Positions 13,808 to 26,790 of a stretch of 64,000 bases of DNA are shown in pieces. The position numbers and the translations under genes are program-made. Positions within the stretch are counted from its first letter, which is position 1, and each line of letters begins with the position of its first letter. The notes under the pieces were generated by a model, which worked only from the letters and a program-made list of their open reading frames with translations, ran no database searches and was not told the origin of the DNA. Origin of the DNA: Rhina ancylostomus (taxonomy: Eukaryota); contig JARFYF010000074.1 of assembly GCA_030265395.1 (NCBI GenBank), positions 89,169,841 to 89,233,840 on the forward strand. Direction: 5' to 3'.

Positions 13808-14368
13808 TAAAATGGTTTATCATCTGCTGAGGTACAGTGAAAAATTTGTCTTGCATACTGTCCATACAGATCAATTCATTACAAGTGCATTGAAGTCATA
13901 CAAGGTAAAACAATAAAATGTAGAATAAAGTGTTACAATACAGAGAAAGTGCAGTGCAGGTAGACAAAGGTGCAAGGTCACAACAAGATAGCTGAGAGGT
14001 CNNNNNNNNNNNNNNNNNNNNNNNNNNNNNNNNNNNNNNNNNNNNNNNNNNNNNNNNNNNNNNNNNNNNNNNNNNNNNNNNNNNNNNNNNNNNNNNNNNN
14101 NNNNGGGGACGAGGTGTTAGGGAAGGAAGAGGGAATGTTTGGGGTGGGTAGGATCTTTGATTATGTTGGCTGCTTTACCGAGGTAGTGAGAAGTGTAGAC
14201 GGAGTCCACGGAGGGGAGGCTGGTTTCTGTGATGTGCTGAGCTATGTCCACAACTGTCTGCAGCTTCTTGCAATCATGGGCAGACCAGTTACCATACCAA
14301 CTCATGATCTATCCAGATAGGATGCTTTCTATGGTACATTGGTAAAAGTCGGTGAGGATCAAAGGGGA
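13808..14368 (-). mobile_element. Rex1/Babar LINE 3' fragment (spans an N gap)
   Basis: Translation FYQCTIESILSG..SWYGN.SAHDCKKLQTVV..AQHIT..SLPS.DS.YTS..LGKAANIIKDPTHP.HSLF is the characteristic Rex1/Babar C-terminus; tail ttttcactgtacctc...gataaacc. Confidence 0.8.
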
Positions 14369-14587
14369 AGAGGGGTCAATGTGGCCCGAGTTAGGATATG
14401 GGTTGGACAGTTATATTGTTAACTGTGATATTCAATTAATAGCATCTAGCATGGGATCTCATTTTCTTCTTCAATTCACAAGGATTAATTTACTCAGTGG
14501 CTTGGAATTGAGGAAATCAAATCATGTACTAATGAAAAAAACCACTGAACCACCATTATGCACTCCTAGACCAAAATGGCTAATAAA

Positions 14588-14720
14588 CCTCATTGTCGAT
14601 GTTTCTTATTGAAATCCTGCATCAGGACCTGAAACATCGACAATTCCTTTCCTCCCACAGATGTTGCTTGACCTGCTGAGCTACTCAGCAAATTGTTTGT
14701 CGGTCTAAATTCCAGCATGT
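14588..14720 (+). mobile_element. Penelope-type terminal repeat fragment with internal inverted duplication
   Basis: gaaacatcgacaattcctttcctcccacagatgttgcttgacctgctgag...ttccagcat; 14-bp perfect inverted repeat at 14592-14605 and 14631-14644. Confidence 0.6.
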
Positions 14721-14879
14721 TTCTAATAAATCCTGTTGACTTCAAGGTAAAGATGGTTAGAGATTAATATTTGCTCTTTATACATTTGCCAGCATGTCAA
14801 TGAGAAAGCATCTGTCCTTTACTTGCTCTCCTCCCAATTTGTTTGCATAACATCTCTGTTCAAAGTGCAATTTTGATCT

Positions 14880-15320
14880 GAGCTTCCAATTGCCTGTCAC
14901 TTACTACCACATGCCCAATTTGACCCATCTTCAGCCCCCTATATTCCCCCCACAAATGTTAAACCGATGAAGAGCATTTTATCTTCTAACTTTGCACATT
15001 AGTCTTTAAGACTCAGTTTCTGATAATCAGCCATTGCTGTCTTACATCTCACTTCTAGCTTTCCATTTTGCCTTTCACTGCCATTGGTTTCCTCCTACTT
15101 GCATCTCCACCACCTTTCAGCTCGCATCATCACTTCTTATCCACTCCCCATCTCTTAAGTTCTGAATAGAGCAGCAGAAAACAAGACCAAGGTTTATTTC
15201 TAATTTCTCAACATTCTAATGAAGAGCCAAAAGCACCAAAACACTAACAGTTCTCCTCCTCCCCCCCCCCCCCCTGCCCCCCACAGTTGCTGGTGCACAA
15301 CCTGCTGAGTATTATTTTAG
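14880..15320 (+). mobile_element. Decayed Penelope-type 3' end
   Basis: gaagagcattttatcttc (EE.HLIF-like), a pyrimidine-rich tract, then ttctaatgaagag...ccacagttgctgg...cctgctgagtatt. Confidence 0.45.
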
Positions 15321-16129
15321 AGTATTAAATATAGAGTTCAAATTACTTTCCTTATAGAATAGAGCAATTCAACACATTCATTTAAGGTCAGCCTAACATC
15401 AATATCACATTGCTGAAGGCAAGGTAACTTAATCTTAGCAAGTTCAGTGACCTGGAGTCAAAAGAAATGCAGAGCTTTTCAGAGTGCTGCATCCCAGTTT
15501 GGGTGGGGGGGGGGGGGTGNNNNNNNNNNNNNNNNNNNNNNNNNNNNNNNNNNNNNNNNNNNNNNNNNNNNNNNNNNNNNNNNNNNNNNNNNNNNNNNNN
15601 NNNNNNNNNNNNNNNNNNNCCCTTTTGGGGGGGGGGGGGGGGGTGTGTGGAGAAACAATCTTACATTAAATAACATTTTTAGCATCAAACTCCAAGGCAT
15701 TGCTGCTTCAGAATGTCTTGTGCATTCATAGATTAAACAAGAACTTGAATTTATATCGTGATAGGTTTTAAGTTGTCAACAATAATCTTGATCAGAAAAA
15801 TTAGTATTTTGGTACAGATAATCACAAAGTATAGCTTTAAACAATCAAGGAGAGTAGTAGAAGGAATACCAAAGAGTGTAAGCCTAGGTGGCTGAAAGCA
15901 AATAATCTATATGGCAAGAAATTTGGTATCCTTCACAAACATAGCTGTAGGAATGATATAAAGCAGGAAAGATACATTAAGAACATTGTATACCAGACTT
16001 GCAATTCAGTAATCTTGCATCCCCAGACTTAGAATACACCAGATCATGTTTCTTCCCAAGTTCTATTGCTTAAGCCACTTAAAGTTTATCATTTTCTTTG
16101 CAAGCCAAATAAAATTGCTAATTACCCTT

Positions 16130-16230
16130 GAAGAAAAACAAGGCAGCTGACCTTTCATCAGGTAGTCTTTATTGTCAAATAGGGACCAAAGGTCTACAGG
16201 TTCTTTGGTTTGTACAAAGCATGTACAGCA
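16130..16230 (-). terminator. Candidate polyadenylation site of TENT5C
   Basis: AATAAA on minus at 16173-16168, two upstream TGTACA (UGUA) motifs at ~16211-16227, downstream U-rich ttgtttttctt about 30 nt after the hexamer. Confidence 0.55.
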
Positions 16231-19200
16231 GCATAAACTGAAAACGAAAATTTAAACATACAAACACTGCCAATAACAGCTCATTAAATCTGGAAATAAA
16301 AATACAACTCACTCAAGAGAGGTCTCAGTCCCAACATTCATGCTTTATCACCCCACAAAACAGAAAAAGAGATGGTTGAGATAACTCATTATCATTTTAT
16401 CCTCCTGCCCTTACAGGATAACAACTGGTTTGAGTGGAAAACCCAAATAAAAATGTACACTGCACAGGAATTCCAGTGTATCATTCTTACCAGGATTTAC
16501 ATAATCCTGAATACATTGATGAATATCTCATTTAGCTGCATGTTTTGCAATATTAAATGTAGTATAATGCACCCTCAAGACTGAGCATACTTGCAAATTA
16601 AAAAACCATGAAAATACCCTCTCTAGACGTGATAATTTTGTAGTTAAATCCACTATGAGATTACATCAAACCATAAAGACCAGGAGTGTCCTAGGTTTGA
16701 CTGACTATCTGTGCAGTACTATCGCCTAGTTATCTAGCCTCAGTTATCCCCTTCCACCGACCACCAGGAGATCAATATTTCCAATTCAGATCACTAATGA
16801 CTCTCTCAGAAAGTGCATACTTGGGTGTTTATTTGGAGGACAGGACCAAGTGCAGTTATGACGCCCAAAGGTTTAACAACTATTCATTAACACCCTCACC
16901 GAATTGTGCAAGATATCAGAAGGCTGCCATTGCTTATAATATTACATTGCAACACAAGTCAACAATATACAGAATTCCCAGTGCAACAAGAGAATCTAAT
17001 GCAAGTTCAGCATTCACAGACTGCTCCATTTTTCCATATGCAAAACATGTTCTAGACATATTGGGCACATTTCCTTTCATGCACACAATTCAAACCAGGA
17101 TTCACTGCTCAGCTCATCGACACATTTCAGTGACAGATGTTGAAATACGAATATTTTGTACAATGCACTTCAATTCATTTTACTACAGCTCCAATGGTGG
17201 TAATACAAGTACTAGCTACGTTTTATTTCCCCGCACCCTTAGTATATTTAATGAAATCATACTTGTTTTGGCAGGTGGTGAAAATAAAAGTGGGTGGAAA
17301 TCCTTTCTGTTTGCAAAGTTCTCTTACTTTCAGTTTCATGTATTCCAGAGCTGGTGTTTGGAAATTCAGCATACAACTTTTATTAAAAAGGTAAAAGTTG
17401 CCAATAATTTTTGTCCCCTGCATTTAAAGTACAGCAATACTATGTTCACACTGAATCTGGAATGTGTGCTGGACCAGTACTTCTGCAATGACTGCATTTA
17501 TTACCCCATTAGTGTAATGAAGTCTTAGGGACAAGGCCTCACCAATAGTACACTGTGTTTACTTTTTTTAAAAAACTCATCTTTAAACACTAAGTACTGC
17601 ATTTTGCCTGGTGTTAACATTTGATTTAATGTGCCATGCAATGAGAATTTATAAACAGAATGTCCTTTCTGCTTCAAATCTCTTGCAGTATTTAAAATGA
17701 GCAATTAATGCCAAGTGATAAATACCATGCTCAGACTTGTGATTTCAACACTCAGGATCTTCAAGAGATAGTCTTCATTTGCTGCAAGTGGTCAGGAGAA
17801 TAATCCACAAGTTACCTTGGAAAGCAAATGGAACAAGAACCCAAACTTCATCCTGAAGCAATGTGCAAATCAAATTTCCATCGCTATACTAATACCCAAA
17901 ACCTACTCAAAGTTATCCAAATTCATACAGTTTTCCTATCAGCAATTTTCTAGATTTAGATAGCAGCTTCGCATTACCACAAATGTTTGCAAGAGATTTT
18001 CCCGCCACCTAGAACACTGAACAATCCACATTTCTTTATTTTGTGAATAAAGCTTTTGACAGCCAACTATACTGAGACTTCAAATCCGGAACTTGTGCTT
18101 CATCTATCCTTAACCCAGTATACTCACTGAACATCAGGCATGGATCAAAAAAATGACACCTGTAGACTTCATACCTTCTAAAGCCAGCTTTACAGAACTG
18201 GAGAAGAATACAATGACTTCAGTATATTTCCATTGCCTGGGAATGTCATTTAGATTAAAAGGCTGAATCAAGCAGCCAAAAGAAAGATTCTAATGGTGCA
18301 GAATCAACAAAAGCAGTTGCACTATTTTCAGCACCAAAAATAATTCAACACTAACTCAAAGGAGGTGTACCGAATTCACAAACATGAACTAAATAGGCAA
18401 AGGATCATCTAGCTCTCAGTTCAATTTTTTATTAGTTTTGTACAATTAAGGGAAGGTGACAAATCTGAAAATTATTAAAATGTTTTATCAACAAAAAGTT
18501 TTATTTACCCTCAAGTTTTCAAATGAAAAATTGTCATTTATTCAGAAAGCAGAAACTCAGATCACATTTTCATTTCCAAGAACATTGATGGCCTAGGTTG
18601 TATGCAAACAAACCAAAATATTGCCTTCTATGCAAGTTGGAACTTTGCAACTTAATACCACAAAAATATACCAATTCTCTTTTCTCCCCAACACCCACTT
18701 CCCTCTCCCACCTTCTTGTCTCTTCAGAAGCTGCTTGTTAATTGAAGCAGGCACAAACTTCAAATTTCTATCTTTGTGGCCCTACTAAATCAAAAAAGTT
18801 TGACAAATGCTCAGTGTGCATCCCTTTTAGTTACCATTAGATCAAGTTGTCTCCTATTGTGTAGTATTTTGTAAACTGCTTACTTGTACTTTTGATCTAA
18901 AAAATATTTTTCCAATACACCATGAAAGATAAACATTCTTTTTGAATGAACTCTTCATAGAAAGCAAAAGTTACATGTCCAGAACAGTATGACACAGTGT
19001 ACTATCAGGACTTTTGCTAGTGTTGAGTCTCCTTTTCTAATATGTTCCAAACATAGTGCCATTTGTTTTTGGATTTTCCCTACAGCAAAAATTAGTGTGC
19101 ATATTATCCTTGTATTGTCATTGCAGTTTAATACATGCAACATGTACAACAGTCACAGGGTTTGCTCCCTTCTCAGCTAATGTGAATGAAAGAAGCCATT

Positions 19201-19258
19201 AAGGCGAGCTGAGCTGCATCAATCTGCACACAAGTCACTGTGAACATAGCATTACTTA
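16150..19258 (-). other. TENT5C: Probable TENT5C 3'UTR (~3.1 kb)
   Basis: AT-rich stretch with no repeat I can recognise, running from the stop codon to a well-formed poly(A) signal. Other AATAAA hexamers occur more proximally (e.g. near 17380, 18035, 18427). Confidence 0.6.
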
Positions 19259-20413
19259 TTAGTTGCATGGAAGCCAAGTAGGGTACGACTGTTGGTATGA
19301 GGTGGTACTGTGTGCTACATAGTAGTTGCTAAAGTTTGCATCACTGACATAAGGAGCAGGCTGGTAATAGCAAGTTACATTGGTGACACTGGGGATGATG
19401 TTCTGCTCTGCCAGCACCCTGAGGGCCAAAAGGCTGATTAGGTTGAGAGTTTGGCGTCTTTCATGTCCCATCAGACAGACAGTGCTCTCATTCACAACAT
19501 TCCTCAAGATCATCAGGTAGTCATATTTGCTTTTCTCCTCTCCAATGAAGTGGTTCTGGAGGTACACTTCCAGTTTTCTTTGTTGTTCAGTAATGTCTGG
19601 GAAATCAATAAAGAAACGAGAGCACATGTACCGCTCCAAGGATTTGATCACCTCTTCACTGGCTGGTTTGAATTCTCTCACCAGAAGATTGCAGTATTTC
19701 AGCAGTCCTCCTCCTCTGATCTCCTCGGGAGTCTTGGTTGCAATTAGTGTATTCCTGAGGTGACCTAATGCTTCCTCGAAGTCCCCATACACACTTTCTC
19801 CAATCACTGTTGGGTGAAAGTGCTCACTCATTGGGTTCTCAGAGTAATCATAGTAAAATAGGAGGGAATCCAAGATGATCTGGAAAGAGTCAACACTGAA
19901 CTCAAACTGGCGACGGAGCGAATCCACAAATTTCAACTCTATGTTCTTCCCATTATTGTTGCAGAGGGAGATTAAGCTCCAACGGTCTGTATCTGTGCAG
20001 ACCTTCACCATTTTTTGCACATAAGCCTCCTTGAGTGTAAGTGGTGTGATTCGTTCCTTGTTGACACCTTCTGGAAGAAATTCCAACAGACAACCCAACA
20101 CCACATCTTTTACCAACTGGAATTCTGTTTCCCCTGGTAGATCAACCCCAAAAATCAAGTCCAAATCTTTGTAGTTTAAGCCATTATCCTTTACTAGGAC
20201 ATGGCTAGCTGCTGACCCATTAAGACGGATGTCACGAACTGGAATTCCACTTTCAAAAAGCCTGGTTCTCACAGTCTTAACCACATCTTTGAGCCTGACT
20301 TCTAATGTTGGAAAATTTCCACGGCCATGAATAAGTACCACCTCAGTAAGGACATCATTCAAACTGCTGACTTGATCCCAGCTCAACACACTAGTGGCTT
20401 TACTTTCTGCCAT
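19259..20413 (-). CDS. TENT5C: Terminal nucleotidyltransferase 5C (FAM46C), non-canonical poly(A) polymerase; complete 384-aa CDS in one exon
   Basis: Translation matches recalled human TENT5C along its length: [67 protein letters not shown] and C-terminal [16 protein letters not shown]...YPTWLPCN. Catalytic GS, DxD and downstream E are intact. Short N-terminus and C-terminal tail fit paralog C rather than A/B/D. Strong Kozak context agtATGg. Confidence 0.96.
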   Translation of the reverse strand: MAESKATSVLSWDQVSSLNDVLTEVVLIHGRGNFPTLEVRLKDVVKTVRTRLFESGIPVRDIRLNGSAASHVLVKDNGLNYKDLDLIFGVDLPGETEFQLVKDVVLGCLLEFLPEGVNKERITPLTLKEAYVQKMVKVCTDTDRWSLISLCNNNGKNIELKFVDSLRRQFEFSVDSFQIILDSLLFYYDYSENPMSEHFHPTVIGESVYGDFEEALGHLRNTLIATKTPEEIRGGGLLKYCNLLVREFKPASEEVIKSLERYMCSRFFIDFPDITEQQRKLEVYLQNHFIGEEKSKYDYLMILRNVVNESTVCLMGHERRQTLNLISLLALRVLAEQNIIPSVTNVTCYYQPAPYVSDANFSNYYVAHSTTSYQQSYPTWLPCN

Positions 20414-20460
20414 ACTGAGTCTTTGGACTTCAATCAGCTGGAAATAAACAAAACAGGTAA
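20414..20460 (-). other. TENT5C: 3' splice acceptor and 24-nt 5'UTR segment of the TENT5C coding exon (exon starts at 20437)
   Basis: Minus strand reads cctgttttgtttatttccag|ctgattgaagtccaaagactcagtATG: pyrimidine tract plus CAG 24 nt upstream of the ATG, as expected for a non-coding exon 1 / coding exon 2 layout. Confidence 0.85.
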
Positions 20461-22995
20461 ATTATAATCACATCTACTTTTATGTATAACAACTTCTTCA
20501 GAAGAGATCAAAACAGCAATTAATACACCAGAGACACATCCCAAACATTTTTCCAGAAGTGAAACACGACCAGTTTGTAGGCCTGTTTTCCATATCAAGT
20601 CAGAAACAATAGGTTTAAAACAAAAAATGGCTTGTAACACTCCTGTATCAAGGATAGATCAAAACCTTATTTTGGTGTTTTAATGATAACTCATTGCAAC
20701 TTTAACAAAATTTCTCCAAGTTTTCAGTAAGTCCATTGCCCAGGATGAAATAAGAGTGGCAATTACTGGAGCCAGTGCATTTAGCAGGTACCAACCCACC
20801 TTCTTTGTTTATAAAGTAAAGTTAATTTGTTACATAGTACAATACGACACAGCAAATAATCAATAAGGTCATTCAAGTTCATGTCAGGACACTTTGACAA
20901 TAAGCGCCATAGGTCAAAAGGACTCATCAATTGCTGCAACCATTCATGGGCTTCCAAAAATAAAAATAAAAAGGCAAAAAACAAACTTCCTTAAGGATCC
21001 AAACCACTGAAGTTCTCAAAATAGGTTTAAAGCAAACAAAATATCCAATAACTTGAGGCCACTCCATAAATCCCTTTAGAGAAGTTGCATTTTAAAAGTA
21101 TGATTCATGCATTTATATAGCAACTTCAGTGTCAAGGCAGCCAAAAGACTTTGAAACCAAGAAACCAATGGATTTGTTTTGCATTTTTCCAACGAAGAGC
21201 TAGGACAAGAGTAACAACCTCAGTGCACCAAGAACAATGTATTACTATTTATTATAGGGTGCCAGTGCTGTTCCAACCCAAGATGTTTTTTTAGAGCTTT
21301 CCTAGACTAATCACACTGCCACTCTGCATCTTACCCAGTTGATCAGATTCTCCCTTAAAGGATGCAGTAATTCTCATTTCCATGAGGAATTTTAAATTCT
21401 CTTCTGCATGATTTACCAATATTTTGCCAATCAAAAATTTTAAGTTATAATTCCTGCTTTTGAGTGCCAAATAGCTAAGAATCATAAGCACAATTTTGCA
21501 ATGCTTTGCTTCAATCCTTGGTACCACTCAATATTGTATACTTTTTGTAGTGTATAATGTATGCTGTGGTCTTGGCAATGCTTTCTACAAATTCCTTATT
21601 GTTCTCTTACCATTCACTGCCTCTATTTATAAAAGCCTTAAATCAGATTCTATTAAAATAAAAACAGATTTGCCTGCAATTCTATTTTTAGGGAAATGCT
21701 ACTGGTCACAGCTTACCTGCAGTATTCAGCATCTGTATCATCACACTCCTCAGTTTCCTCAAAAATAAGCAACTACCTTTTTATCCCTATGGGACTGTAC
21801 CTACTAGTTCACCATTTTACTTGAAAACTTTGTTCCTCTCCATATAACCTTTTTAAACTTTTTGAAACCAAGTAGTAATATGCCCAGGTAATCGATATAC
21901 ATTCTGAACAAATGTGGACTGATTATGGAATCCTGGAAATCTAATCCCTACCATTTAAGCAAACCCTCTGCACCCCATTTACCCCTTTACCATTCAGGCA
22001 ACTTTACCCCTCATACAAAATAACTGAACTTTATTCTTATGGACACATACTGAAACTCAAGTTTAACTTCACTTATCAATTAGCTTTTAGTCAAACACTC
22101 AAAACTATTTGTACTTAATATTCTCTGCTCATCATCTTTGACACCTCATGCATTTTTAAATTTATACTAAATTTATAGATTTTAATTTCTGGCTGATCCC
22201 AACTGGTAGCCCCCAATAGTGAAGTCACTACAGAAGTCAAAATACCTTCAACCCATAATAATCTTGGAAGCCTCAAATCCCACAGAATTCAAAGCAAAAC
22301 TTCACATTTTACTAATTCAATATTTAACAGTATATTTTTAAAAAATTGATTTATATTATCAAAATGACACACTCTCCTAGCATCATCTGATAGTAGGGCA
22401 TGTACCAGAAGAATACCAACTTGAAGTCCCATTACAGATTAAACTTTTAAAGAAAACTTCATCACTAATACAGTGCTGCTGGTATGAATAACATTATTCA
22501 TATGAATAATATTAATTCAAGTTTAAAATATTCAGAGCAAAAACCAAATCAATTTCTTATTGATTTTAAGAAAAGAATTAAAGCAGAAAATAGTGAAAGA
22601 TGAATTACCATTAATTGAAATGCAAAATAATTTCTACTACAAATATATCAGAAGTTTTTAAAAAATAAGTTTACTTCCTTGTGATTAAAACTATTAAGTT
22701 CTTTAACATCTTTGTAAGGAGCAAACTGAAGGTAAAATTGAAGCAACCACTTTAGAATCTAAAAGCTAAACTTCAGCCTCTAAAGCAAACGCTAAAGGAT
22801 TAAAACAGGAGTTACATAACTAGATTGCTTTATTCCCCAAATTAAGACCACCAAACAGTAATAACGCTAATTAAATGAACGTCTTTGACGCTGTAAAACA
22901 ACCTTTTATCCCCCCTCTGGAAAATTAGAAACGAACACTTTCAGTTACACCTCTCAAAACCACTTAGCCGGCTTCACAGAGTAAAACCCGGCGGC

Positions 22996-23320
22996 ACTCA
23001 CATTCTCACGCACACAGAACAAACGCTAGCGTCCAGCGAGTGCCCTACTGCTGGCTCTGCTGCAAATTTATAGATTTCAGACCGCAGCACACACAACCGT
23101 GAGTGTACCTCTCCACCACACAAACACTTCTACAACATAAATTGGCAACCACAAAAGTCCACCTTCAAATGGAAATCGCTCTGCTTTTTTACTACGTTTT
23201 TTGGGGGAAAAAAAAACTTTTGAAGCACTTATTCTTTTCTTTTGGACTATTTCGTTGGCATGTATTTTGCTAATATGGATTAATCCGAGCGCCCCACCTG
23301 ATTGGCTGCTCGTTCACGTG
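22996..23320 (-). promoter_or_regulatory. TENT5C: Candidate proximal TENT5C promoter with ~40-nt non-coding exon (~23041-23002)
   Basis: Local CpG retention. TATAAAT at 23072-23066, 31 nt upstream of a CA initiator-like site at 23041. CCAAT boxes at 23145-23141 and 23305-23301, CACGTG at 23315-23320, donor aat|GTGAGT at 23001-22996. Confidence 0.6.
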
Positions 23321-24199
23321 TAGATGGGATCCTTTGAAATAACACAGGTACATTGGGAATCTGGAGCCTGTGTGTTGTAGGGTAGCGTTCTCCTGTATCT
23401 GAAATATATTATTGCAACTCACTTTGGTGACTGCACAGCAGTATTATATTTACAGTTTATTGTGGAATATAGATTCTTTAAAGAAATATACTTTGAAGTG
23501 ACTTGTACTTGCCAATGTAACAAAAGTTATAATGGATTTGCTAATGCATATATTTATATTTTGCCTTTTGAAGTGTTCTCCTTTTAAAGTATTCTAACAA
23601 ATTGCTTTGTCCTTATTTATTCCTTTTTAAAAACCACATGCCACTGCTCCACTCGTTACCTCTGTAGTCTGGAATGAGCCTGTATTCTCCTGGCTGGGTT
23701 GTGATAGAGGTATTAAAATCGTGAGAGCTTTCAGCCCCCTCATGGGGACTCCGCTGCAACTTGTGGCGCCACCTCAGTCCATTGCTTCCGAACTTGGCCT
23801 TCTAGTAGGGTGAAGGGGGTTGCGAGGTTGCTAGTCAGAGGAGCAGGAGAGTTGCAACATGCTTTTAAGATTCCCACAACTGGTTGGCATCGCAAGGATG
23901 GGAAAAGAGCAGCACTGGTTAATGCTATACATCTCCCTTGTTTCTCTTTAAGGGGTACTTAGGAGACGGCATTCTTTAGTAGAGTTAAAAGGGCGCCACG
24001 GAAATCTACTGTTTTCTTATCAGGTATTAAAGAAAGTAGCAGCCTTCTCATTGCGAACCCCACGCTCAACAGTTTAGAGAGCAGCAAGTCTTAGCTGGGG
24101 AACAGCTCCCTCTTTTGGAAAAACTGTTAATCTCTACTTGAACGCTCCTATTGGGATTAAATTGCTCACTGCTCCAATGGTACAGACGTTAGTTACAAG

Positions 24200-25170
24200 T
24201 GTCGCTTAAATTTGCACTAAAGCTGGATGATACTTGGAAGTAGAGGGAGCTGCAGTGACAACAGTAATAGTCCAGGTAGTGGAACCAGCGGACAAGTAGC
24301 AGATTAAATGTAACCCAGAACTGGTAGGAGAAACGAGGAGAAGCAATGTAAACCGAAAGGCACAAATCTAGAAACGCACAGGAATACAAAGATCTGGGAA
24401 TAAACACGCATAAAGTCATAAGTGGCAGGGCAACCCATGAAAGCAGACAAAAAGCATACGGGATCCTCGGTTTTATACATTGAGGCATAGAGTACAAGAG
24501 CAAGAAAATCAGGCACCACCTTTGTAAAACATTGGTTTGGTGACAGCTGGAATATTGTGTCCAGTTCTGGGCACCACACATGCAGAGCAGACCTTCTAGA
24601 ATTATTCCAGCGCTGACTTACAACGTTCTCAAAGGGCTTGACGGGATAGATGTTCCTGATTTAGGAGTCTAGGACCAGAGGCCATATACGAGTGATGTGA
24701 TATTGTGATAAGGGATTGTGCTGGAAAATGGCATTGAGGTAGAACATTCGTGATCTTGATGAGTGGCAGAGCTCCTGGTCCTATTTCTTATGTCCTTATG
24801 AGGGACTTCGGTTACGTAAGTGGAGTGGAGAAGCTGGGGTTTTCTGCTTGCAACAGAGGAGATTGAGAGGGTATGCAGTGGAGAAGTTTAAATTCATGGA
24901 CAGAGGAAACAGAGAGAAGCTGTTTACTTTGGAAAGAGGATTAAGAGCTGGGGACCTTAAGACTTTGAAATGCAAGGAGCCCAAAACACACTATCAGAAT
25001 AATATACAGATTTAATTGTGGTGTTTGAAAGGGAAGCAAATGAGTGCAATGGAAAAATAACTTCAAGGTTGCAGGAGAGAGTGGAGGAGAGGGCCCAGCT
25101 GTATTGCTTTTGTGTAGAGCTAGTACAGATTTGACGGAATAAATCACCTTCTTTCCTACTTCCTGTGACT
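24200..25170 (+). mobile_element. Two adjacent decayed CR1 3' fragments
   Basis: aggcatagagtacaagagcaag...tttgtaaaacattggtt...cagctggaatattgtgtccagttctgggcaccaca ([14 protein letters not shown]); second piece agctggggttttctgcttgcaacagaggagattgagaggg. Confidence 0.7.
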
Positions 25171-26459
25171 GTTAAGAATATTTACAATTTTAAAACCATA
25201 TAATGGTTTAATTTATTCTCATTATCTCTCATTGAAAAATGGGAATTAATTGCTTCCTTTTTTGGGGGGTTTTTAAAACACAAATTGCTACCCTTTTACA
25301 CTAGCTTCCCATTGCAAACAAGGAAGACAGACTAATTTACCTACTAAAATGGAAAATATAGCACTTTAGTTCTTAGTGCAACTTCATTACAAAGGATCCA
25401 TTTTATAAGGATTATCCAAGTAGCCCTCTTAATTGGCTGTTGATGAGTAATGAAGAGGTAGATTGGTGTTTGGGGTAGTAAAGCCATTATATGGGCTATA
25501 ACATATATCCCAACAGATCACATACATATTCCCAGGCTTGATTTCTGACCTAAATTCCTGGTTTAAAGTTGTCCTATATTATATTCACAACACATGTGCT
25601 TTTTTCTAAAATAGAGTGTTTAAACAAACAGTCTAATTTTATTTTTAAACAACTTACAAATTATTTCTGTGTTTGAGAGGTATTACACTTTTACCCACAC
25701 TTAGCCACTTATTTAACTCTTGTTCCTCTGTCTGCTATGAAAGTATTCTCCTGAATGGATGCAGTCCCAGGCTAGTATACCATGGGATTCTCTCTCCCAT
25801 TAATTTGCAGCAGAGGTGGTATATAAGCAGCATATCAGTAACTCAATTCATGTACATTGCATGGTGACCATTAGTTTCCACTGATCTGTGAGATACACTC
25901 TGATGCTCATTATACAGGACTGAACTTGTAGATAAATGACTTTAAGATATTAAAATGTTCAAAGAGTTTCCAGCCAATGAAGATGTTTGAAATACAGTCA
26001 CTATTATGTCTAGAAAATATGTTCACAATGGTTTGCATAGCAATATGTAACCTCATAATTTGCCTTTTGGTTGAGACTTTAAATTGCAAGCCCAGACTAT
26101 TTTCTAAAGTGGAAATAAAAGTGTTGAGAGCACTATTTCAAAGAGCAAGAGAGCTATAAAATGGAATTTTCACTTTATCTGGGTCCATTTCAATGTGAAT
26201 GAGAGACAGATGGTAATAATTTAGCTTCACATGCTAGATACTTGGAGGATTATGCCCTGGTGCATGATTCATTCTAGACCCACGTGTCTTGAGGTTGACA
26301 GCAGTAAGCACTTCATGTGATAGCCTAAATAGTGGAAGACATGCATTCAAAAAAGACACTTACACAATTGTTTAACTTAAATAAATCAATTAAAAAATTA
26401 AAGCTGGATACATTATGCCTTTCACACCAGTAGCATGTTCCCAAGTAATACATGATCTG

Positions 26460-26790
26460 TTAGCTGGATCCTTTGCAATGTAGTAACAGGCTTAGAGGAA
26501 ACTGCAACTGTCAATCTCAACGTCACTGTGGAAAAAATCTACTTTAGTGAGAATAGTTGCAGTGTAAATGTTGGACAAAACCCTGATGGAAGTCCACAAC
26601 GATTCTATGGAAAGTAACATGATGATTTATATTTACCTGCACAGGCAGACAGTGCCTTTGTCTTCTGAGTGATAGGAGTTCTGAGAATTTAGCACTTCCT
26701 CAGTGCCAACCTAAATTTGTGTGCTCAGTTTCCTGAACTGGGGCTTGTGCCCATGAATATCTGATCCAGTGACAGTACTACCACTGAGGC
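26460..26790 (-). mobile_element. Deu-domain SINE relic
   Basis: tttatatttacctgcacaggcagacagtgcc...agcacttcctcagtgcc...ctaaatttgtgtgctcagtttcctgaactggggcttg...tactaccactgag. Confidence 0.55.

Noticed and set aside
19451-19763. Plus-strand ORFs overlapping TENT5C
   Set aside because: Antisense shadows of the real CDS.
23301-23320. ATTGG-N9-CACGTG as an ER-stress element (ERSE)
   Set aside because: Orientation and sequence do not match CCAAT-N9-CCACG or ERSE-II; kept only as a generic CCAAT plus E-box pair.
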